From Dehalococcoidia bacterium (GTDB lineage Bacteria; Chloroflexota; Dehalococcoidia; Dehalococcoidales; S120): 44,318 nt of DNA. How positions within the stretch are numbered: position 1 is the first letter of the stretch; the number at the start of each line of letters is the position of its first letter. Made by a program: the position numbers and the translations under genes. Under the pieces are notes generated by a model, which saw only the letters and a list, made by a program, of their open reading frames with translations, had not been told where the DNA came from and did not search any database. The stretch lies in assembly GCA_011192075.1 (NCBI GenBank), contig DUER01000139.1:1-44318 (forward strand), read 5' to 3'. This document shows, piece after piece, positions 38,407 to 44,318 of the stretch.

Positions 38407-40131
38407 ATGAAGATGACAGGTGCCCAGATTCTGTGCGAGAGCCTGGTAAGAGAGGGGGTAGAAGTTATTTTTGGCATCCTTGGCGGATCTGTTCTGCCGC
38501 TCTATGACACCTTACCTCAATATCCTCAACTTCGCCATATTTTGGTTCGTCATGAGCAGGGTGCTGCCCATGCCGCTGATGGGTATGCTCGGGCTACCGG
38601 GAAGGTGGGAGTATGTATGGCTACCTCTGGTCCTGGGGCAACCAACCTGGTAACCGGGATTGCTAACGCCTACCTGGATTCGGTGTCTATAGTAGCTATA
38701 ACCGGTCAGGTAGCCAGACCCTTTATTGGCAAGGATGCTTTTCAGGAGATAGATATTACCGGTATTACTCTACCTATTACCAAGCATAACTATCTTGTCC
38801 TTGATGCTGGTTCGCTGGCTGAGACAGTTAAGGAAGCTTTCCATCTAACTCGGAGTGGTCGGCCTGGTCCAGTGCTTATTGATTTACCACGAGATGTTCA
38901 AATAGAGCAGGCAGAATTTCACTATCCAAGCCGGGTTGATTTGCCTGGCTATAAGCCGACGCTTCAGGGACACCCAGCACAGATAAAGAAAGCAGCTAAG
39001 CTTATAAATGAAGCTCGTCAGCCTCTTATTATTGCCGGCAGGGGAGTAATTATCTCAGGAGCTTATAATGAACTTAAGGAGCTGGCTGAGAGGGCGCAAA
39101 TACCTGTGGTAACAACTTTATTAGGTATAAGTTGTTTTCCCGAGTCTCATGTCCTAAGCTACGGTATGCTGGGTATGCATGGCATGGCTTATGCTAATAT
39201 GGCGGTTGCGGCGGCTGATGTCCTTATCACTATTGGTATGAGGTTTGATGATAGGGCTACGGCTAAGGTTAGTGCCTTTGCTCCTCATGCCCATATTATC
39301 CATATTGATATTGACCCAGCCGAAATTGGCAAAAATGTGCGCGTAGATGTGCCCATAGTTGGTGATGTAAAGGTAGTTCTAAACGCATTAAATAAGCTGA
39401 TTATCTCTACCCCGCATATTGATTGGATTGAGCAGCTTGATGGTTGGCGAAGGGAACACCCCTCAATAGAGATTAGAGATACTGAAGGGCTCTTGCCTCA
39501 ATTTGTCATTTGTAAGATATATGAGGTAACCCGGGGTGAGGCTATTATTGTTACTGGGGTGGGTCAGCATCAGATGTGGGCGGCTCAACACTGCTGTTAT
39601 GACAGGCCCAATAGTATAATCTCTTCTGGTGGATTGGGAACTATGGGCTTTGGGCTACCAGCAGCTATAGGGGCTAAGGTAGGTTGTCCCGGGGATATGG
39701 TCTGGTTAATTGACGGTGATGGTAGCTTTCAAATGACGATACAGGAGCTAGCTACCATAGTTCAGGATAATATTGCGGTTAAGATAGCAATTATCCATAA
39801 TAGCTATCTAGGAATGGTAAGGCAGTGGCAGGAATTATTCTATGGAAAACGATATGTAGCCACACCATTAAGTGGTCCCGACTATGTCAAGATTGCCGAG
39901 GCATACGGACTTCCCGGGTTAAGGGTTACTCGTAAAGCAGAAGTGATTCCAGCTATACAGCAAGCCATGGATGAGCCAGGCCCTTTCCTGATAGACTTTG
40001 TAGTAGAACCAGAGGAGAATGTTTATCCTATGGTGCCACCAGGAGCAGCTTTAGCGGAGGTTCTTGAGGCACCTAAGGAAAAGGCGAAAGTTTTGTCCGA
40101 TTCCGCCAAGCTCTCGGTGAGTAATATCTGA
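38407..40131 (+). CDS. ilvB: Acetolactate synthase large subunit
   Basis: RHEQGA, TSGPGATN, GMLGMHG, DGDGSF and LGMVRQWQ. Confidence 0.97.
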   Translation: MKMTGAQILCESLVREGVEVIFGILGGSVLPLYDTLPQYPQLRHILVRHEQGAAHAADGYARATGKVGVCMATSGPGATNLVTGIANAYLDSVSIVAITGQVARPFIGKDAFQEIDITGITLPITKHNYLVLDAGSLAETVKEAFHLTRSGRPGPVLIDLPRDVQIEQAEFHYPSRVDLPGYKPTLQGHPAQIKKAAKLINEARQPLIIAGRGVIISGAYNELKELAERAQIPVVTTLLGISCFPESHVLSYGMLGMHGMAYANMAVAAADVLITIGMRFDDRATAKVSAFAPHAHIIHIDIDPAEIGKNVRVDVPIVGDVKVVLNALNKLIISTPHIDWIEQLDGWRREHPSIEIRDTEGLLPQFVICKIYEVTRGEAIIVTGVGQHQMWAAQHCCYDRPNSIISSGGLGTMGFGLPAAIGAKVGCPGDMVWLIDGDGSFQMTIQELATIVQDNIAVKIAIIHNSYLGMVRQWQELFYGKRYVATPLSGPDYVKIAEAYGLPGLRVTRKAEVIPAIQQAMDEPGPFLIDFVVEPEENVYPMVPPGAALAEVLEAPKEKAKVLSDSAKLSVSNI

Positions 40132-40152
40132 GCCTTAGAGGGAGGTGGCAAT

Positions 40153-40689
40153 ATGGCTACGACGAAGCATACCCTAGTTGCTCTGGTAACGGATAAGCCC
40201 GGGGTGCTCAACCGGATGGCAAGCATGTTCAGAAGGCGTGGCTTTAATATTGAAAGTATTGCCGTGGGGCATAGTGAACTGCCCAATTTATCACGCATGA
40301 CTATTGTCGTTGATGGGACAACCACGTCGGTGGAACAGGTTAGAAAGCAGTTAGATAAGGTCGTAGATGTAGTCAAGGTGTCTGATATTAGCGGGGATGC
40401 CATCATTAGTCGGGAATTGGCGTTAATTAAAGTAAAAGCTACATCATCTAGCCGAAGTGAGATTATCGAAATTGTAGATATATTTAGGGCCAGTATAGTA
40501 GATGTTGCCTCTGATTCGGTAACTATTGAGGTTACCGGTGATGAGGAGAAAATCAGTTCCTTATTTAATTTGCTTCGTGCTTTTGGCATCAAAGAAGTAG
40601 CCAGGACGGGACGTATCGCTATGGTTCGAGGCGAGCCGGGACCATTGCCAATGGAAGAAAAAACAGCCAGGGCTAAAAGGCAAAAATAG
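40153..40689 (+). CDS. ilvN: Acetolactate synthase small subunit
   Basis: [14 protein letters not shown] and EVARTG. Confidence 0.96.
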   Translation: MATTKHTLVALVTDKPGVLNRMASMFRRRGFNIESIAVGHSELPNLSRMTIVVDGTTTSVEQVRKQLDKVVDVVKVSDISGDAIISRELALIKVKATSSSRSEIIEIVDIFRASIVDVASDSVTIEVTGDEEKISSLFNLLRAFGIKEVARTGRIAMVRGEPGPLPMEEKTARAKRQK

Positions 40690-40705
40690 TAAGGGGGAAA
40701 GTATC

Positions 40706-41704
40706 ATGGCCAAGATATATTATGATAGTGATGCCGATTTAACTCTGCTTGATGGGAAGGTGGTTGGCATTATCGGCTATGGCAGCCAGGGGCACGCCCA
40801 CGCTCAAAACCTCAGGGATAGCGGTTGCCAGGTGATAGTAGCTGAGGCTGCGGGAAGCCGGGGTTGGAAGAATGCTCAACAGGGTGGCTTCAGGGTACTA
40901 ACGGCAGATGCAGTCGCGAAGGAAGCCGATATTATTGTCATGCTGGCTCCTGACAATTTGCAGCGAGATATCTACTGTGGATCAATTGAAAAGGGACTAG
41001 CCCCGGGCAATATGTTGATGTTTGCTCATGGCTTCAACATCCACTACGGGCAAATTATCCCACCGCCTGATATTGATATTTGTATGATAGCTCCTAAATG
41101 TCCGGGTCATATGCTGAGGCAACTCTATACTGAGGGTATAGGACCGCCAGCGCTGGTGGCGGTGTATCAAGATGCTTCAGGCAAGGCAAATGTTATAGCC
41201 CTAGCCTATGCCAGGGGTATCGGCTGTAGTCGAGCCGGTGTCATTGAAACAACCTTCGCTGAAGAGACAGAGACAGACCTCTTTGGTGAACAGACGGTGT
41301 TGTGTGGTGGGGTTTCAGCCCTGCTGAAGGCCGGGTTTGAGACCCTGGTTGACGCTGGCTATCAGCCAGAGATAGCCTACTTTGAGTGTTGCCATGAGCT
41401 TAAGCTCATTGTTGACCTCATTTACCAGGGGGGATTAAGCTATATGCGCTATTCAGTCAGTGATACCGCTGAGTATGGCGATTACACTAGGGGACCGCGG
41501 ATTATTGATGACATGGTTAAGGATGAGATGGCGCAAATCCTAGCTGAGATTCAGGATGGTAGCTTTGCTAAGGAGTGGATTTTAGAAAATCAGGCCGGTC
41601 GTCCTGTCTATAACGCCCTGAAGCGCATGGATGAGGAACACCTCATAGAGGAGGTAGGTGAAGAGCTGCGCCAGATGATGCCGTGGCTGAAGGGTAGGCA
41701 ATAA
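40706..41704 (+). CDS. ilvC: Ketol-acid reductoisomerase
   Basis: [24 protein letters not shown] and SDTAEYG. Confidence 0.97.
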   Translation: MAKIYYDSDADLTLLDGKVVGIIGYGSQGHAHAQNLRDSGCQVIVAEAAGSRGWKNAQQGGFRVLTADAVAKEADIIVMLAPDNLQRDIYCGSIEKGLAPGNMLMFAHGFNIHYGQIIPPPDIDICMIAPKCPGHMLRQLYTEGIGPPALVAVYQDASGKANVIALAYARGIGCSRAGVIETTFAEETETDLFGEQTVLCGGVSALLKAGFETLVDAGYQPEIAYFECCHELKLIVDLIYQGGLSYMRYSVSDTAEYGDYTRGPRIIDDMVKDEMAQILAEIQDGSFAKEWILENQAGRPVYNALKRMDEEHLIEEVGEELRQMMPWLKGRQ

Positions 41705-41727
41705 GCTCGTTTTATCCAGAGGAAAAT

Positions 41728-43248
41728 ATGGAACGCGTAATAATCTTTGATACCACCCTGCGGGATGGGGAGCAGGCGGCGGGGGGGACGCTGAATATCC
41801 AGGAGAAGCTGGAGATAGCCAGGCAACTGGAAAGGCTGCGGGTGGATGTCATTGAGGCTGGTTTTCCCATTAGCAGCCCGGGTGACTTTGAGGCGGTAAG
41901 CCTTATCGCCAGGGAGGTTCGCACCCCCATAATTTGTGGCTTGGCTCGGGCTCATCCTGGTGACATAGACCGGGCTTGGGCGGCAGTAAAAGAGGCCGAG
42001 CACCCACGAATACATGTTTTTCTATCGGCGTCCGACATACACCGTCTTTACCAGTTGAAAAAGAGTCGCGAGGAGATTTTACAGACTTCTCACGATATGG
42101 TAGCTAGGGCTAAGAAATACGTTGATGATGTGGAGTTCTCACCTATGGATGCCAGCCGAACCGAGCCTGAGTATATCTATCAAATCCTGGAAACGGTTAT
42201 TGACGCTGGAGCCACCACACTAAATATCCCTGATACTGTGGGCTATGCCATCCCGGATGAGTTTGGTGGACTAATTGGGGGAATCTTAAAAAATGTACCT
42301 AATATTCATCGGGCTATAGTTAGCGTTCATTGCCATAATGACCTGGGTTTAGCCGTGGCTAATAGCCTGGAATCGCTCAAACGGGGAGTCAGACAGGTGG
42401 AGTGCACCATCAATGGTATTGGGGAAAGGGCAGGCAACGCCTCGCTTGAGGAGATTGTAATGGCTATCAAGACGCGGGGCGACTTTTTTAACCTGACTAC
42501 CAATGTTGATACCAGGCAAATTTATAGAGCGAGCCGATTGGTAAGCGAGCTAACCGGCTTTCCGGTTCAACCTAATAAGGCGATTGTTGGGGCTAATGCC
42601 TTTCGTCACGAGTCAGGTATCCACCAGGATGGCGTCATCAAGATGCCGATAACCTACGAGATAATGGACCCCAGAACCGTAGGCATACCCGCCAGCAGCT
42701 TGGTGCTGGGTAAGCTTAGCGGACGGCATGCCTTTAAAGAGCGGCTGGCTGAATTAGGCTATAGCTTAAGTGAGGAAGACTTTAACCGTGCCTTCTCAGC
42801 GTTTAAAGAGCTGGCTGATAAGAAGAAGGAAGTTACCAATAAGGATATTGAATCCCTTGTTGCCGAGGAGCAGCGCACTGTTTCTGAAACTTATCATCTC
42901 GACCGTGTTCAAGTATCCTGTGGCGATAGGGGTATCCCCACCGCTGCGGTCAGGCTTATTGCCCCTGATGGTCAGGTTCTGGCTGATGCTGCTTTAGGCA
43001 CCGGTCCCGTGGATGCCGTCTATAAGGCGATTAATCGGCTGGTGGGAGTGTCTAATGTGCTTACTGAATTCAGTGTTAAATCAGTAACCGAGGGTATTGA
43101 TGCTATTGGTGAGGTGCTGATTAGGATAGAGAGCGACGGCATAACCTACACCGGGCGGGGCGCTGATACTGACGTTATTGTAGCCAGTGGTAAAGCTTAT
43201 ATGAATGCCCTCAACAGGTTACTGGCAGCCAAGAAAGCTGCTACGTAG
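41728..43248 (+). CDS. leuA: 2-isopropylmalate synthase
   Basis: [32 protein letters not shown] and a C-terminal regulatory domain. Confidence 0.96.
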   Translation: MERVIIFDTTLRDGEQAAGGTLNIQEKLEIARQLERLRVDVIEAGFPISSPGDFEAVSLIAREVRTPIICGLARAHPGDIDRAWAAVKEAEHPRIHVFLSASDIHRLYQLKKSREEILQTSHDMVARAKKYVDDVEFSPMDASRTEPEYIYQILETVIDAGATTLNIPDTVGYAIPDEFGGLIGGILKNVPNIHRAIVSVHCHNDLGLAVANSLESLKRGVRQVECTINGIGERAGNASLEEIVMAIKTRGDFFNLTTNVDTRQIYRASRLVSELTGFPVQPNKAIVGANAFRHESGIHQDGVIKMPITYEIMDPRTVGIPASSLVLGKLSGRHAFKERLAELGYSLSEEDFNRAFSAFKELADKKKEVTNKDIESLVAEEQRTVSETYHLDRVQVSCGDRGIPTAAVRLIAPDGQVLADAALGTGPVDAVYKAINRLVGVSNVLTEFSVKSVTEGIDAIGEVLIRIESDGITYTGRGADTDVIVASGKAYMNALNRLLAAKKAAT

Positions 43249-43286
43249 GTTTTTAACGGAGACCATGAGGTGGCATCGAAATAGAG

Positions 43287-43670
43287 ATGGTTCTGTGTCT
43301 CCTGCTGGCGGCAGCACTGGGAGCTAGTATTGGCTACCAGAGAACGAGAGCAGGGAAAACAGCCGGGCTGAGAGATTACACCCTTATCTGTGTTGGGGCT
43401 GCACTATTTACTGTAGCGTCTCTTTACGGGTTTGGTGGTGTAGCTGACCCAGCCAGGATTGCTGCTGGGATCGTAGCTGGAATCGGCTTTCTCGGGGCCG
43501 GGGCGATTATTCGTCGAGAGGAGGGCCTGGTTACCGGGTTAACTACCGCCGCTACTATATGGGTGGTAGCTGCTATTGGTCTGGCGGCAGGTGCCGGTCT
43601 ATATGTGGTATCAGCGGTAACCACAGCCATTGCGTTAATAGTTCTGTTCCTTCCCCATCCCATTCGATGA
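43287..43670 (+). CDS. MgtC/SapB family membrane protein
   Basis: DPARIAAGIVAGIGFLGAGAI and GLTTAATIW. Confidence 0.9.
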   Translation: MVLCLLLAAALGASIGYQRTRAGKTAGLRDYTLICVGAALFTVASLYGFGGVADPARIAAGIVAGIGFLGAGAIIRREEGLVTGLTTAATIWVVAAIGLAAGAGLYVVSAVTTAIALIVLFLPHPIR

Positions 43671-43716
43671 CAGCGAGGCTCAAGGCTAATCTTTTAATTC
43701 CGCAGAGAGGACTAAA

Positions 43717-44318
43717 TTGACTCTAGCTGAGAAAATACTGGCTGCTCATACTGGTAATAAGAAGGTAAGTCCAGGCGAATTCATAAATGTCAGGGTTGAC
43801 CTGATTTTAGCCAACGATATTACTGCTCCCATTGCTATAAGAGAGTTTCGAAGAATAGGGGTAGATAAGGTTTTTGACCGGCAAAAAGTAGTAATGGTGC
43901 CCGACCACTTTGTGCCTAACAAGGACATCGCTTCTGCGGAGCAGGCAAAACTCATGCGGGAGTTTGCCTGTGAGCAAGGGATAATATACTTCGAAGTAGG
44001 GCAGGCAGGCATTGAGCATGTGCTTTTACCAGAACAGGGCTTGGTACTGCCTGGGGATGTGGTTATCGGGGCTGATTCACACACCTGCACCTATGGTGCT
44101 TTAGGTGCCTTTGCTACCGGCATGGGGTCAACCGATGTCGCCGCAGCAATGGCAACCGGTGATATCTGGATGAAGGTGCCACCCACTATCAAGCTGGTAT
44201 ACCATGGGAGTCTGGGGGAGTGGGTAGGAGGCAAGGACTTAATCCTGTATACCATAGGCAATATTGGTGTTGATGGTGTCTTGTATTCGGCAATAGAGTT
44301 CACTGGTGAGGCAATAGA
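43717..44318 (+). CDS. leuC: 3-isopropylmalate dehydratase large subunit (runs off the window)
   Basis: TTG start gives MTLAEKILAAH...ANDITAP, PDHFVP, GIEH and GADSHTCTYGALG. Confidence 0.93.
   Translation, partial: MTLAEKILAAHTGNKKVSPGEFINVRVDLILANDITAPIAIREFRRIGVDKVFDRQKVVMVPDHFVPNKDIASAEQAKLMREFACEQGIIYFEVGQAGIEHVLLPEQGLVLPGDVVIGADSHTCTYGALGAFATGMGSTDVAAAMATGDIWMKVPPTIKLVYHGSLGEWVGGKDLILYTIGNIGVDGVLYSAIEFTGEAI

Noticed and set aside
571-44303. Numerous short ORF-track calls antisense to or nested in recognised genes (e.g. 571-768, 11080-11577, 12704-13339, 31384-31596, 40023-40592, 43746-44090)
   Set aside because: They are shadow frames of well-supported genes or remnants, with no motifs or RBS.

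Overview
Bacterial chromosomal window. Gene content and order (extended GreA, thiC-thi4, rpmH-rnpA-yidD-propeller-yidC-jag, ilvD-ilvBN-ilvC-leuA-mgtC-leuC, two aldehyde:ferredoxin oxidoreductases) suggest Chloroflexota, class Dehalococcoidia; this is an inference. There are three zones. (1) 1-17.5 kb is mostly core metabolism: acyl-CoA ligase, AOR, greA, geranylgeranyl reductase, M50 protease, TPP-riboswitch-controlled thiC-thi4, rsmG, pdxST, an R3H-AAA ATPase, tmk, mnmA, rnhB, DAHP synthase and yraN. (2) 17.6-31.7 kb is an accessory, partly decayed region: second AOR, SDRs, lone carB, aldo-keto reductase, DUF362, small proteins and lipoproteins. It ends in a degraded island at tRNA-Asp with a serine-recombinase remnant, half a tRNA-Asn, 73-bp inverted repeats around a nuclease-like ORF, and 63-bp direct repeats. 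(3) 31.9-44.3 kb holds the rpsF-ssb-rpsR, rpmH-yidC-jag and branched-chain amino acid operons. The best leads are: a GreA whose N-terminus resembles a tyrosine-recombinase core-binding domain, a compact candidate attenuator upstream of ilvD, the inverted-repeat-flanked nuclease segment, a promoter/operator module shared by two loci, a BamB-like lipoprotein inside the yidC operon, and many single-lesion pseudogenes. No CRISPR array, rRNA or intact transposase was seen.
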